Below are positions 20,446 to 43,574 of a stretch of 64,000 bases of DNA, one piece after another. Origin of the DNA: the human T2T-CHM13v2.0 reference genome, Homo sapiens; assembly GCF_009914755.1 (NCBI RefSeq), contig NC_060932.1; one strand, 5' to 3'. The position numbers and the translations under genes are program-made. The notes below the pieces were generated by a model. It worked only from the letters and a program-made list of their open reading frames with translations, searched no databases and was not told the DNA's origin. Numbering within the stretch: position 1 is the stretch's first letter; every line of letters starts with the position of its first letter.

Positions 20446-20829
20446 CAAATGAGGGCGCCCTGACAGTCTGCTCTGTGTGGCGCCTTCCTGGAGGCAGAGA
20501 GGGGCCAATGAACCTCTCCTGCTGCTCTTCTCTGCTGCCATCTGCTCTGCTTTTTGGGCTGAGCAGGGTGGCACTGGCACTGTGACTCAGCCCCAATTAC
20601 ATGCTGCAAGAAGGAAGCAGGGCTTCCTCCTCAAGGTAGATGGACCGCAGCAGTGAGCATCTCTGTCCCCTCCCTCTGCCCCCCGGCTTCTCTGGAGTGG
20701 AGCTTGGCACCGAGCTGAGCAGTGGCGGAGCGTGCCACCCCATCTTTGCACCAGGAAGTTCAAAAGAGACACCGATTCACCTCCAGGTTCCTTTCCCAAG
20801 ACTTCATTTTCTTCTGGGATGCCACTGCA

Positions 20830-21508
20830 TCTGTCCTGGTTTGCTTGAGCTGCCATAACAAAGTACCGCAGGCAGGGGCTTAAACAACGGAAACTTCCTC
20901 ACAGTGCTGAGGGTGGAAGTCCCTGATCAGGTGACAGAGGGGTTGGTTCTCGGAGGATTCTCTCCTCAGCTTGTAGGCTGTCTCCTCCCTGCATCCTCAC
21001 GGGGCCATCCCTGCGTTTCTGTGTCCCCACCTCATTTTTGTAAGGACACCAGTCATATTGGATTAGGCTTACCCTAATGACCTCCTTTTATCTGAATTAC
21101 CTTTTTAAAGGCCTTGTCTCCAAATACAGTCACATTCTGAGGTACTGGGGATTATAATTTTAATATATAAATTGAGGCTGGGCGCAGTGGCTCACGCCTG
21201 TAATCCTAGCAGTCTGGGAGGCCGACGGATTACCTGAGCTCAGGAGTTCAAGACCAGTCTGGCCAATATGGTGAAACCCCATCTCTACTAAAAATACAAA
21301 AAATTAGTCAGGCATGGTGGTGGGCCCCTGTAGTCCCAGCTACTCGGGAGGCTGAGGCAGGAGAATCGCTTGAAACCGGGAGGTGGATTGCAGTGAGCCG
21401 AGATTGTGCCACTGCACTACAGCCTGGGTAGCAGAGCAAGACTCCGTCTCAAAAAAAAAAAAAAAAAGAATTTTAACATATAAATTGGGAGGGGACACAA
21501 TTTAGCTC
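20830..21508 (-). mobile_element. MLT1A/B MaLR LTR with an Alu (+) at 21176-21468
   Basis: gctgccataacaaagtacc...ccaaatacagtcacattctgaggtactgggg; Alu TSD AATTTTAA(T/C)ATATAAATTG. Confidence 0.85.
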
Positions 21509-23284
<1,776 letters not shown>

Positions 23285-23366
23285 GCTCCTAACAGCATCT
23301 CAGTCACTTTCTAGCATAGACACCACCGAGGGAAGTGAAATGGGGGGAGTAAAAGACAGAAAATGT

Positions 23367-23658
23367 GGCCGGGCATGGTGGCTCATGCCTGTAATCCCAG
23401 CACTTTGGGAGGCCGAGGCGGGCGGATCACGAGGTCAAGAGATCGAGACCATCCTGGCTAACGCGGTGAAACCTGTCTCTACTAAAAACACAAAAAATTA
23501 GCCAGGCATGGTGGCGGATGCCTGTAGTCCCAGCTACTCAGGAGGCTGAGGCAGGAGAATGGCGTGAACCTGGAAGGCGGAGCTTGCAGTGAGCCAAGAT
23601 CGCGCCACTGCACTCCAGCCTGGGCGACAGAGCGAGACTCCGTCTCAAAAAAAAAAAA
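23367..23658 (+). mobile_element. AluY/AluSc8-like
   Basis: TSD AAAAGACAGAAAA(T/G)GT. Confidence 0.92.
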
Positions 23659-23890
23659 AAAAGACAGAAAAGGTGAGACATCAGTAACGCATCTAGCTGA
23701 CTACAGCTTTCCTTTCTTCTTAGTGGCAAGGGGCTCCAATGCCTGTAGACTGCTGGAGTGGCCGTTTGTCCCCTGGAGGCCTGGCGTGTGTCTCCCTCCT
23801 CCTGTCATCTCAGCTGCTTGCCTGACTTTAGCAAAGCCACTGGCCCCCTTCTCCAGGACTTTTCTCATGGAGCTGCTGAGGAAGGTGACC

Positions 23891-24083
23891 TCTGGGGTGA
23901 TGGTACTGTGTGCTCAGGCCATCAGGTGGCTTCTCGCTTCTGGGGTGACAGTGCTAGAAGGGTGTGTTCAGGCCATCAGAAGGTGGCCTCTTGCTTCTGG
24001 GGTGACAGTGCTAAATGGGTGTGTTCATAGGTGGCCTCTTCTGGGATGACAGTGCTAGAAGAGTGTGCTTGGGCCATCACAAG
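23891..24083. repeat. Degenerate tandem repeat, 4 units of about 44-58 bp
   Basis: TCTGGGGTGACAGTGCTAGAAGGGTGTGTTCAGGCCATCA...GGTGGCCTCT recurs. Confidence 0.8.
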
Positions 24084-24206
24084 CTGCCTGCCCCAGCACA
24101 TGGAAGATGCCCACCTACAACCAAAGTGAACACGCAGAGGGGAGTGAGGCAAGCTGGGATCCAGTTAGCCTGCGATGAAGTCTACCCCTCTTCCCACTTG
24201 CATGTG

Positions 24207-24480
24207 CCAGTGAGCCAAGATAGCTCTATTGCACTCCAGCCTGGGCAACAAGAGCAAAACTCTGTATTAAAAAAAAAAAAGTACAGTCTAAAAAAAATGT
24301 ACAGTCTGGGCCATGTGTGGTGGCTCACGTGTGTCATCCCAGCACTTTGGGAGGCCAAGAGGGGAGGATTGCTTGAGGCCAGGAGGTCAAGGCTGCAGTG
24401 AGCTATGATTTCGCCGCTGCACTTTGGCCTGGATGACAAAGCCAGACTCTGTCTCTAAATGAACAAATAAAAAAATAAAG
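24207..24480 (+). mobile_element. Alu 3' fragment and FRAM-like monomer
   Basis: Partial Alu consensus with A tails. Confidence 0.8.
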
Positions 24481-25029
24481 AGTTAGCAGAGAAGCCAGAG
24501 TTCTGCCCAATTTTCCATTCAAGGGCAAGGATGATCACCTTCCACAAACACATTTAAAAGGACAATAGGAGACGAAAACACATTTGTTTTGAGCACACCC
24601 CATGTGTCAGCAGTTAACAGAGGTCATGATGGAATGGATATGTTAAGAACTAAATACCAAAAATAAGTACAATGGAAATAGCTCTTAATGAATGTGAGGC
24701 ATTTACCGGGTGCTCGCTGTGGGCAAACCACTGCCTGGGAATAGAAATAGTGATATCATGTAGCTTCTGACCCCCTGGGGCTGGCAACCTAAAGAAAGGA
24801 CACAAACTTGATACACTCTGGCCTGAGATGGGCCAGGGCGACAGCTGTCAGTCAAGCTCCAAGCCTCTCACGAAGGAACGTGCTGGCCGCAAGTGTGTGC
24901 CCTGGCAAGGAGTGGAACGCAGCCAGGGAATGCGCTAGCTCAGACTTCTTTCGACTGTTTATTTTCTGTCCTGCTATTTTCAAGTATGCTATGTTTGTGT
25001 TTACTTTATCACTTGCTATTGTTTCATAA

Positions 25030-25684
<655 letters not shown>

Positions 25685-26091
25685 TGAAGGGCATCTATCA
25701 GGTGCTCACCCCACATGTGAGCAGAGCAAGAGCATGTGGGCAGGACACTCCCTGCATTCTCAGAGTGGAAGGAAGGAGAACCCAGGTGCCATCAGTAGAA
25801 GTTTCCATCTGAGAAACACCAGTGACAGTCTGGTCTGGGAGCGTGTGGCTGGGGAGATTAAGTGAAGACACGGAGCTCTGTAAGAAGGAAAGAACATGCC
25901 AGCAGGGTGGGGGCTTTGGCCTGAAGTCCACAGCGGGGGAGGGAGGCCCCAGCTCTGTGCAGGGAGCAGCGGCCATGATCAGCTGGCCAGCGTGTGGTGT
26001 CTTGGTGAGTAGAGCCACAAAACAAAGCCAACTACCTGGGCTTCCAGATAGGAAACCACAAGCCATTTGCAGGGAACAGACTTGCCTTTTC

Positions 26092-26916
26092 TGCACATTA
26101 GTTTACTGTGGCTGCCATAACATCACCACGAACTAGATGGCTTAGAACAACAGAAGTGCATCCTCCAGTTCTGGAGACCGCAAGTTCAAAGTCAAGGTGC
26201 TAGCCAGGCTCTGCTCTAGGGTGGGAGCCCTCCTTGCCTCTTCCAGCTTCTGGTGGTTTGAAGGGCTCCTTGGTAGTAGCCACATAACTCTAGTCTCTGC
26301 CTCTACCTTCAGATGGCCCCTTCTTTCTCTGTCTGTTTCTCTTGTGTCTTTGCGTGATCTTCCCTCTTCTTATAAGAACACAAAGATTGGATTTAGGACT
26401 CACTCTAATCCAATAGGACCTCATCTTAATGTTTAGTTATATCTGCAAATACCCTGTTTCAAATAAGGTCACATTTTGAGGCTCTGGGTAGATATGAATT
26501 TGGGAGGTTTTTCATCTTGCATTGCTATAAAGGAATATCTGAGGCTGAAAATTTATAAAGGAAAGAGGCTTGTTTGGTTCATGATTCTGTGGGCTTCACA
26601 GGAGGCATGGTGCCAGCATCTTCGTCTGGTGAGGCCTCAGGCTGCTTCTACTTACGGCTGAAGAGGAAGGGGCGCTGGCATGTGCTGACCATATGGAAAA
26701 AGGGGAGGGAGGGGCCGGGCTCTTTTCAATAACCAGTTCTTGCTAGAACTAAGAGTGAGAACTTAACTCCCACGAGAATGGCACCAAGCCCCCAAGACCA
26801 AGACACCTCCCACAAGGCCCCCTCCAACACTGGGGATCAGATTTCAACATGAGATTTGGTGGGGCCTAAAAAACCATGTCAAACCATAACGGGGGAAATT
26901 ATTGAACCCACTACAC
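26092..26916 (-). mobile_element. MLT1B/C LTR with a nested MST LTR (about 26505-26890)
   Basis: MaLR motifs; the MLT1 terminus resumes after the MST. Confidence 0.78.
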
Positions 26917-27236
26917 CCTGATTCCACATTCACTGAGCAACGTTCCCATAGTGTTTTGTAGAGCTGACTGCATTGATCTGACCCCTATCAAGTTATGTGT
27001 CTTGACACAAACTTAAAGTCTCATTCTGACTTTATACAATTGGTGTGCATTTACTAAACCTCCACAGTCATGCCTGCCTAGAACAGGTTTTTTCTGGAGT
27101 TTCTCAGATGGGAACCCATTGCGTTTATTATTCCCTTGGCAGCATTAATGACAGCTTCATGAAGACAGGTATACACTGCTAATTTTATTTACCTATGTAT
27201 GTCCTCACACAGAGCACAGTGCCTGGTATAAAGTAG

Positions 27237-27533
<297 letters not shown>

Positions 27534-27912
27534 TGTAATAGTTTATTGAGCACTGTGCTTCATAGATTACACGAATGATCAGGTTGGATTATAACAGCAG
27601 CCCCTTCAGAAAACTACTACTTTTCATATCGTTTTGAAAATAGGGAAACTAAGGCTCAGAAAGGTAGAATGGCTTGCCACACTCTGGAAACAGTGCTCAG
27701 TCTGAAGCCCAGGAGTGACTGCTTAGGTGAATATAAGACAATCGCTTTCAGTCTACTCAATTCTGCTCACACAGTTGATTTCTGAAACAGAAGGCTGAAC
27801 TCTGACCCCTTGACCTTGGGGATGCCTCAGGGAGATGCTACCTGTGAGGCCACTGGAGACCAGGCTCTATTTCATCTCCCTGAAACAACAACTCTGCCTT
27901 CTGCAGTTGGGT

Positions 27913-28395
27913 TGAGGTAGAAGGAGGGACTTGGCTCTGGGGGCAGGGCTGGGACTCCAGACCAGATAGAGAACTGGCTGAGACAGGGAAGAGACGAGGG
28001 CACCTCCCCATAAGAAATGCCTATCCATGCCATATCAACTGCCATTGCCATGGCAACACCGGAAGCTATCGTCCCTTTCCATGGTAACAACCTGATGACC
28101 TGGAAGTTACCACTCTTTTTCTGGAAGTTTCTGGATAATCATCCCCTTAATTTGGATGTCATTAAAAGTGGGTATAAACGTGATGGCAGAGCTGCCTCTG
28201 AACTGCTCCTCCAGGTTCCCTGCCTCAAGGGTAGCCCTGCCTTGCAAGGAGCAGTCCCTCTGCTGCCACCGTACACTGTCACTCCAATAAAAGCTGCGTC
28301 TAACACCACCAGCTTACCCTTGAATTCCTTCTGGGGTGAAGCCAAGAACCCTCCCAGGCTAAGCCCCAGTTTTGCAGCTTGCCTGTCTGGCATCA
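27913..28395 (+). mobile_element. ERV1 solo LTR, MER41-family-like
   Basis: TG...CA ends, TATAAA and AATAAA signals, ccatggcaac and gccaagaaccctccc motifs; flanks GGGT/GAGT. Confidence 0.75.
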
Positions 28396-28511
28396 GAGTC
28401 AGCCAGGAAAATTCTTTGTATATCCTTCCCCTTAGCGTATCTCATATATTCTCTTCTCTTTGCCTATCTTCACGAGAAAAAATACCTTTCCTCTGCATCT
28501 CTCCTTTTTTG

Positions 28512-28795
28512 TGTTTTTAAGTTGATATATCATAGTTGTACATATTTATGGGGTATGTGTGATGTTTTGATCCCTGCATACAATGGGTAATGATGGAATC
28601 TGCATAATTGGGATAGCCATCACCTCAAGCGTTTATCTTTTTCTTTGTTTTGGAAACATTACAAATCTAACTATTTCAAAATATATAATAAATTATTGTT
28701 AGCTATAATTTCCCTACTGCACCATTGAATACTAGAACTCATTCCTTCTAACTGTGTTTTTATACCCATGAACCAGCCTCTCTTCATCCCCCCAT
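28512..28795 (-). mobile_element. L1MA-type 3' end
   Basis: gttgtacatatttatggggta...ctagaactcattccttctaactg. Confidence 0.8.
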
Positions 28796-29414
28796 CTCTG
28801 GATCTTTCCACCTCCTCCACCTTGCTCCATCAATCACCTGCTTTGCTTCCATTTTTGGTTTCTTGTTTTCTTCAATCCACAGACATGCTCAAGTCTTCCC
28901 ACTCTAAAAGAAATTCTTTCCTTAATCCTGCTACTTTCTCAGATGCTGCTCCTACCTCCTTTTCCTGGCAAGATCACCTTTTGCTGATGTAAGCAGAGGT
29001 GGCCCCGCTCTGCTGGGAGGCACCCTCCGTATTGAGGAAAAAGCGGTTGGGAAGATGGAGCCCAAGAGGGAATACCTATGGTCAAGAGCATTCATTTACC
29101 CGCTACCTTCTGGCTCAATCCATACATGGCTTTGACCCTGACTCATCTTTATAGTCTTCATTGGTGGGTGGGAGGAATCCCAGAAGCTGACATTGACCAC
29201 ACATTCACTCCATCAGTCTGGATTCTGCCCACTCCAGTTTTTGCTGCTTTCAAGACTGGTATCATATACATCAACAAGGTCTGTTGGGAGCATTTTGCTG
29301 TGTTGCTTCTCCAAGCAATTCATAGTTTGGTAGAGAAGAAACACCACACCAGAGAGTTCACTTTATTCCAAGTAATAGAGTATTCAAATTAATAATGTTT
29401 TCAATATAAGAACA

Positions 29415-29875
29415 TTTATCATCGCAGCATTGTTCACAATAGCCAAAACATGGAATCAACCCAGGTGCCCATCAGTGGTGGATTGGACAAAGGAAATGTA
29501 GTACCTATACACCATGGAATACTACACAGCCTTTTAAAAGAGTAAAATCATATCCTTTGCAGCAACATGGATGCAGCTAGAGGCCACTATCCTAAGCAAA
29601 TTAACTCAGGAACAGAAAAACCAAATACTGCATGTTCTCACTCCTAAGTGGGAGGTAAGCATTGGGTACTCATGGACATAAAGATATGAACGATAGACAC
29701 TGGGGTCACCTGGAGCAGGAAGAAGGAGGGGACAAGGGCTGAAAAAATAACTATTGGGTACTATGCTCACTATCTGGGTGGTGGGATCACTCATACCCCC
29801 AAACCTCAATGTCACACAGTATACCCATGTAAGAAACGCCTGAATCTAAAATAAAAGTTGAAATAATTTTTAAAA
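29415..29875 (+). mobile_element. L1PB/L1MA 3' UTR
   Basis: catggaatcaaccc...gcagcaacatggatgcagct...tgaatctaaaataaaagttgaa. Confidence 0.85.
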
Positions 29876-30349
29876 AATATAAGAGGATTTATTGTTTACT
29901 TAACAATGAGTCTAGGCTGCTTAGAGCTTGTTTAGTAGCTCAGCAATGGCATCAAGGATCAGGTGACTTCAAACACCCTGAGTGTGTTGACATCTCGTCC
30001 TCATGCTTGCTGACTCCTGGTCACAGAGTGGCTGCAGCTGTTCCAAGCACCACAGCCTCACACTGCACCCACAGCAGGAAGCAGCAAGGAAGGATGTGGG
30101 CAGAAAAGGGCTTTCTTTTTAGCAGACAGGAAAAACATCTTCGCAGAAGGTCCCCCATAGTTTCATTGGCCAGAACTCAGACATGGCCCTGAGTCTCAGT
30201 TTCACTTTTTTCTCTGGCCTCCCAAACAAGAGCATTTCTCTGAATTCTTCAGTCAAACTTAAGAGGTCTTCTGTGTGTCCTCTCCGCCTCATGTCTACCC
30301 CCATCACAGAACCTAATGCTTTTCATAGCACCAGATGCCTTCCATTTAT

Positions 30350-37282
<6,933 letters not shown>

Positions 37283-37619
37283 TAAAAGAAATGCATTATT
37301 TCCAGAGCCAACTCCATGTATACATACACACATACTCTTCTAATCAATTTTAATTTTAATCAATTAGCTTTAAGGAGCAAAGTACACCAAACTCCCTTCA
37401 TGGCCTCATCTGCTCGCTGTGTAGCATAAATGTTGATGGTGTTCATTGTGTGACTTCAGAGCAAAACAGCATGCCTTCTGCAAACTGGTGCCAGTCACAA
37501 TTAAAAATCAATTTTCTGTGGGCTGCAGATAGATCTCTGTAATAAATATCAGTACACATATCCAGAGATTAAAAAAAATGTATCTTCAGGAACAAAGATT
37601 TTAGAATCGAAAAATACTA

Positions 37620-38145
37620 TCAGATTCTAGTCCTGAGTATTTAGCAAGGGTAATAAGCACACATGTCCACCAAAAGACATGCAGAAGAACTCTCATAGCA
37701 GCTTTAGTCACAATAACCCCAAATGGCAAACAACCCAAATATCCACCAACAAGAGAATAGATAAATACATTGGAGTGTGTTCCTTCAATGGCAACACAGC
37801 AATAAAAAGAATGAACTGCTGCTAAATGCAACAATACGGTGATTCACAGACATTAAGATGGGCAAAAGGAGCAGACCAGTGGGAGGGTCCATGCTGTATG
37901 GTTCCATTTTTATGAAGTTCAAGCCATCAAAAGCAACTTATGTGACAAAGTCAGAATAACGGTTATGGGAGGGGGTATAGTCAGGGAATCAGCATGAAGG
38001 AACCTCCTGGGGGTGGAGATGTTCTATATCTTCATTTACAGGGAGGGCACATGAGTGTATAGCTATGCAAAACTTTACTGAGTTGTATATTTAAGATTTG
38101 TACACTTTCCTCAATGTATATTATACATTAATAATAAAAAATAAA
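37620..38145 (+). mobile_element. Old L1M 3' UTR
   Basis: caccaaaagacatg...aaacaacccaaatatcc...tatatttaagatttgtacact. Confidence 0.78.
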
Positions 38146-38587
38146 ATCTCAGATAACCTATCCTCCTGAATCCCCAAAGACAGAAAACTTCTCTAAAATC
38201 TCCCTGTTCCCAAATACCTGGCACACTAAAAACCAATATCGTTGCCCAACACCGAAGTCAGAGAATATTCTATGTAAGGGTGCCCCCTGGAGCATAAGTG
38301 GATGCACGTTTTACATTCCAGTTGAAATGGAATCTCTCAGCCTCTCATTTCCCACCTTCCCCAGTCACCATGTGAGTGAAGAAAATCTGGCTCAATTTTT
38401 GGATATGCAACATGATAGAATGCTACTAGAATTTCCATAAAGGAAAATAGAAACTATCCTGCAAATACATAGCTGGATGCACAGGCAATTGTAAATTCCC
38501 TGAAGGTACAGAAACATCATCCTATTAATTGTTTTGTCCTTAGAGCTTTTTGCACTGTGTCTTTCCTGAACACAGTAGAAAATCAGA

Positions 38588-39001
38588 ATGGATGGATGGA
38601 TAAATGGATGGATGGATGGATGGATGGATGGATGGATGGATGGATGGATAAATGGATGGATAAATGAATGGATGGATGGGTGGATAAATGGATGGATTGG
38701 ATGAATGTATGGATAAATGGAAGGATAGATGGATAAATGGAAGGATAGATGGATAAATGGAAGGATAGATGGATAAATGGATGGATGGATGGATGGATGG
38801 ATGGATGGATGGATGGATGGATAAATTGATGGATTGGATGAATGGATGGATAAATGAATGGATGGATGGATTGATAAATGGGTGAATGGGTGGATGAATG
38901 AATAAATGAATGAATGGATGGATGGATAGATGGATGGATTGGATGGATGGATGGATGGATGGATGGATGGATGGATGGATGGATGAGTGGATAAATGAAT
39001 G
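38588..39001. repeat. (GGAT)n/(GAAT)n compound simple repeat, about 410 bp
   Basis: Directly visible. Confidence 0.97.
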
Positions 39002-39762
39002 TAACTTTACATTCTCAGTGAAACAAAGTCTAGTCTTTCCTAAATGCATGTTTGCTTTGTGGCAAGTCCTCTGCAGGGCTTTATAATTAAACAAGCCTCC
39101 CTCATATTCTCCCATCCAGTTCTATTGTGTCTTTGATTAAATCGAATTATACCTAAATAGTTTTCTCAGTGTTCTTCCTTGTTGAAATACATCCTGTTTT
39201 CATGATTTATGTCATGCGGTGAAATTTTCCGGTGATAAGAGCTTGCATCTATTCTCTCATTTTCTTTCCTGGGAACTGGCGACACCCACAGTTAGAGTTA
39301 AGTTGGTTTAACATACACAAGCTATATAGATATTGAGATTTCTTGTTGACATCTTAATCAAACCATCAAGCATTTCAACCTAAGAAGAGTGAATTTCTCT
39401 TTGGGAACCAGCCACATCAGCTGGGGCCCAGGGCAACTCAAGGCCCTTTCACGCTGTGAAGGGGTTGAGTTAACTGGGACTTGTCCCTAGTGCTGGTCTC
39501 CCAGCCTTTCTGAGCCCGGATATTTAGCTCCTTGTTTGACTTCACACACCCCTCCCCCTGGGATCCCTCCTATAAGACCCCTTCCACCTTTTATTATTCT
39601 AAGCGAGCATGGGTTGGAGTTTATCCATTGGAACCAAGAAAGTGCTGGTTATCACAAACTGTAGACTTCACAAGGCCAGGATTCTGTCTTGCCGTTTTTT
39701 GTGTATCACTGATGGTTTCTATGACAGGTGGCCTCAAAACTGGTTTTTGAAGAGATACCTGT

Positions 39763-40335
39763 CGGCCAGGGGTGGTAGCTCATGCCTGTAATCCCAGCAT
39801 TTTGGGAGGCTGAGGCAGGAGGATCGCTTGAGCCTGGGAGTTTGAGACAAGCCTGGGCAACATGGGGGCAAAACCCCATCTCTACAAAAAAATACAAAAA
39901 TTGGCTTGGCATGGTGGCACGAGCCTGTGATCCCAGCTACTTGGGAGGCTGGTGTAGGAGGATTGAGCCCGGGAGGTTGAGGCCGCAGTGAGCTGTGATC
40001 GTGCCCCCACTCCATTCCAGCCTGGATGACAGAGTAAGACCCTATCTCAGAAAAGATATATATCTATCTATATCTATATCGATATCTATATCTATATCTA
40101 TATAAATTCTTTTTTTGGTGGGAGATTGGGGGTGGGGGAGACAGGATCTTGCTCTGTCACCCAAACTGGAGTGCAGTGGTGCAATCATGGCTCACTGCAG
40201 CCGTGACTTCTTGGGCTCAAGTGATCCTGCCACCTCAGCCTCCCGAGTAGCTGGAACTACCACCACACCTGGCTAATTTTAAACTTTTTATAGAGACACA
40301 GTCTTGCTATGTTGCCCAGGCTGGTCTCAAACTCA
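39763..40335. mobile_element. Inverted AluJ-like pair (+ 39763-40054, - about 40110-40335) around an (ATCT/AT)n tract
   Basis: Alu consensus on opposite strands. Confidence 0.88.
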
Positions 40336-40661
40336 TAGTGATTGGTTCTTAATATTGACATCCAAAGAGCAGCAGTTCTTAGGTGGCTTCCTGTTGTTGC
40401 CTCAAACCTCCATGCCTTTGTCTTGCCTGCAAGAGATGGTGCTGATACATCAAAGGACGGCCTATCTGGGACAGGTCAACTGCTTTTCTCCAGGGTGGCG
40501 TAGAGGATCTCCTTGGGACATGGTGTCTTCCCGCCTTGCTTGACTGTCACATAGGAGGCTGTCTAGTCTAAGAGGATAATCTTTGATGTGTGGAAAGACT
40601 GTTCTGTCGTAGCTGTGTTTGGAGTAACCTGTTAGAGCCTATATTAGATGGATAATGGTAT

Positions 40662-40958
40662 CTTTTTTTACTTTAGATGGAGTCTCACTCTGTCACCCAT
40701 GCTGGAGTGCAGTGGCGCAACCAGCCTGGCTCACTGCAACCTCCCCATCCCGGGTTCAAGCGATTCTCCTGCCTCAGCCTCCTGAGTAGCTGGAATTACA
40801 GGCATGCACCACCACGCCTGGCTAATTTTTGTATTTTTAATAGAGATGGGGTTTCACCATGTTAATTAGGATGGTCTCGAACTCCTGACCTCAGGTGATC
40901 TGCCCGCCTCAGCCTCCCAAAGTGCTGGGATTACAGGTGTGAGCCACCGACCCCTGCC
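40662..40958 (-). mobile_element. AluS
   Basis: Alu consensus; TGGTATC duplicated. Confidence 0.92.
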
Positions 40959-41707
40959 TGGTATCATTTTTAACACCTATGTTAGTATTTAGTTTACAAC
41001 TAATAAATGCATATATACATACATAATTGTGTCAATAGGTGGCATGTGGAATTGAAAACTCATTCCATGCTCCTCAAATTCCAGGTTTTGAATGTTCCTC
41101 ACATCACTCATAAGGACCAAAAAGTGTGTGGGGGTGGAGAGGGGTCTCTGTGGTGGCTTCCTTATCTGCTCAGGGCTCCTGAGGTGGCTGCCCTAGGCCG
41201 ATCCTTCTCTCCACTGTCGAGATCTTTGCCTCTAGCCCTTTAGGGATAGAAAACTCGACATTCCCAGTCATTGATTGGGTCCTCTGAATAACTAAAATCC
41301 ATAACTCGAAAAACCCTGTCTTACCAGTGAGGAAAAGGACAACCTGGATCCCCTTTCTTTGGGGCCACCACGTTTGTTTTTGTGATGTTCACAACTCACC
41401 CTCTCCATGTTCAGTATCTGCATCCCACGTATCTGCTGGCCGCAGGCGATCTCCTGTGCTGCTGCATCAACCTATCAACCTGTCTCCCAGCAACAGAGGC
41501 CAGGACCCACAACTCCAAAGCTGTCTGCTGTTCAGGCATTTATCATACCTTGATCACTTACCCTACTATCCCAATCAATGAAATGGTGTGTTTAATCAAT
41601 ACCACTTATTTGTCATGGATCCATGCTGAATCTCAGTGGTAACCTTCATTTGTCTAGGAAGACTGTGTAGATTTTGTTAGGGATTGATATCCATGTGTAA
41701 GTCTCTA

Positions 41708-42063
<356 letters not shown>

Positions 42064-43067
42064 TCAGAACTGTTGGCCAGGACCCATCACCCCCGGAAAC
42101 TGGAGTAAGGTAACAAATTGGCTGAAAGATTCTTTCCTTGATTTTCAATGAAATTTCTGTGGTTCTAGTCATGGCCAAAGAGAAGTAGCAGGTGGGAACA
42201 TACTTGGTTATTCCTACTTCATGTTTTCTAAGAAAAATCCCTTTACTCAACCACTACACGTGAAGTTTTATACTTGCCAACTTAGTATTGCTTCAGGTAA
42301 GAACTCACAAAAATGAACTCAAACTAAAGCTTAGCACAAGCTGAAACAACAGAGAAAGGAAGTGAGTTCCTTACTTTCTGATGTTTGACACTTTCCCCAG
42401 AGAATTGAAAATCATCTCTAATAGGTCTGATGAGCTGTTTCAAAGAACACACCTCCCTGCCACTTATAAAACCTGAAAGCTACTTTCCTTAATACAGAGA
42501 GTTAACTGAGAGCCAGAGGGAAGAGCAGGGCAAAAAGTCCTGCCGGGTCATCAGCAACCCTCTCAGAATTTGTCTGTTTCCTTCCAGGATCAAATCCAGC
42601 ATGCAGGTGACTACAGTCCCATCCCCCGGCGTTATCTCACAGTGGTACAGAAGGTCTGTGAGCTGCTGGAGACCCCATGAGCTGGGACAAAGGAGCCGAG
42701 GGGCAGCAAAGGCTGCTTCCCCAGCCCCACCCTCACTTCCACTCCAGTTCCCCCAGGCAGAAAAGTGAAGCCACCGGAGCCTGCTTTGTAATTCCCTACT
42801 CACTAAAGAAGCAAAAGGAAATGAAAAGTCCACAATTATCTTTCTGTCTCCCTCTATCAGCCCATAAACTTGGGTAAGGGGCACATTGTTCTTGGAATGG
42901 ACTCAGAACAGAGTAGTTATAATATCAGAATGACTTTCTTTTAGGTAACCCTTAGCAATAAAGAGATACCCACACACCTTAAAAAGGTGACTAAAATCCT
43001 AAGTAGATGTATAGCAGGCTTAGATTTGCCTCATTCTCATTCAACAAAAGTTTTAAGAGATTTTCAA

Positions 43068-43326
43068 TCCAGGTGCAGTGGTTTATGCCGGTAATCCCAG
43101 CACTTTGGGAGGCTGAGGCAGGAGGATCACTTGAGCTCAGGAGTTTGAGACCAGCCTGGCCAACAGAGTGAGACCCCCATCTCTATAAAAAAATGTAAAA
43201 ATTAGCAGGTGTTGTGGTGCACACTTGTAGTCTCACCTACTAAGGAGACTGAGGTGGGAGGACTGCTTGAACCTGGGATGTCAAGGCTGTGGCGTGCTAA
43301 GCCCTGTCTGAAATAAAATAATAAAA
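43068..43326 (+). mobile_element. AluJ-like with an internal deletion
   Basis: Alu consensus. Confidence 0.85.
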
Positions 43327-43574
43327 TTCTATGATTTACAGAACTGTGCTAAGGGGAGGCTCATGCACCTCACTAACTAGAAGCTTAATTTGTGCAGCTT
43401 ATAGGCCCCTGCCAGGTTAGGGGTGTAATGACCAAACAAAAGAGGGCTGAAGTTTATGCTAGCAGCAAATGAACACTTAAAACACAAAAACAAAGAAAAA
43501 ACTTTTATGTCAGAAAAAAACTTTAAGTCATAATTGCATCCAAACAACGTAATTGCACTCAAACAACAGCTATG

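Noticed and set aside
28115-28140. STAT1 GAS site expected in MER41-type LTRs
   Set aside because: TTCTGGAA has 2-bp spacing rather than TTCN3GAA
38540-39115. 191-aa HPSI-repeat ORF
   Set aside because: Translation of the (ATCC)n strand of a simple repeat
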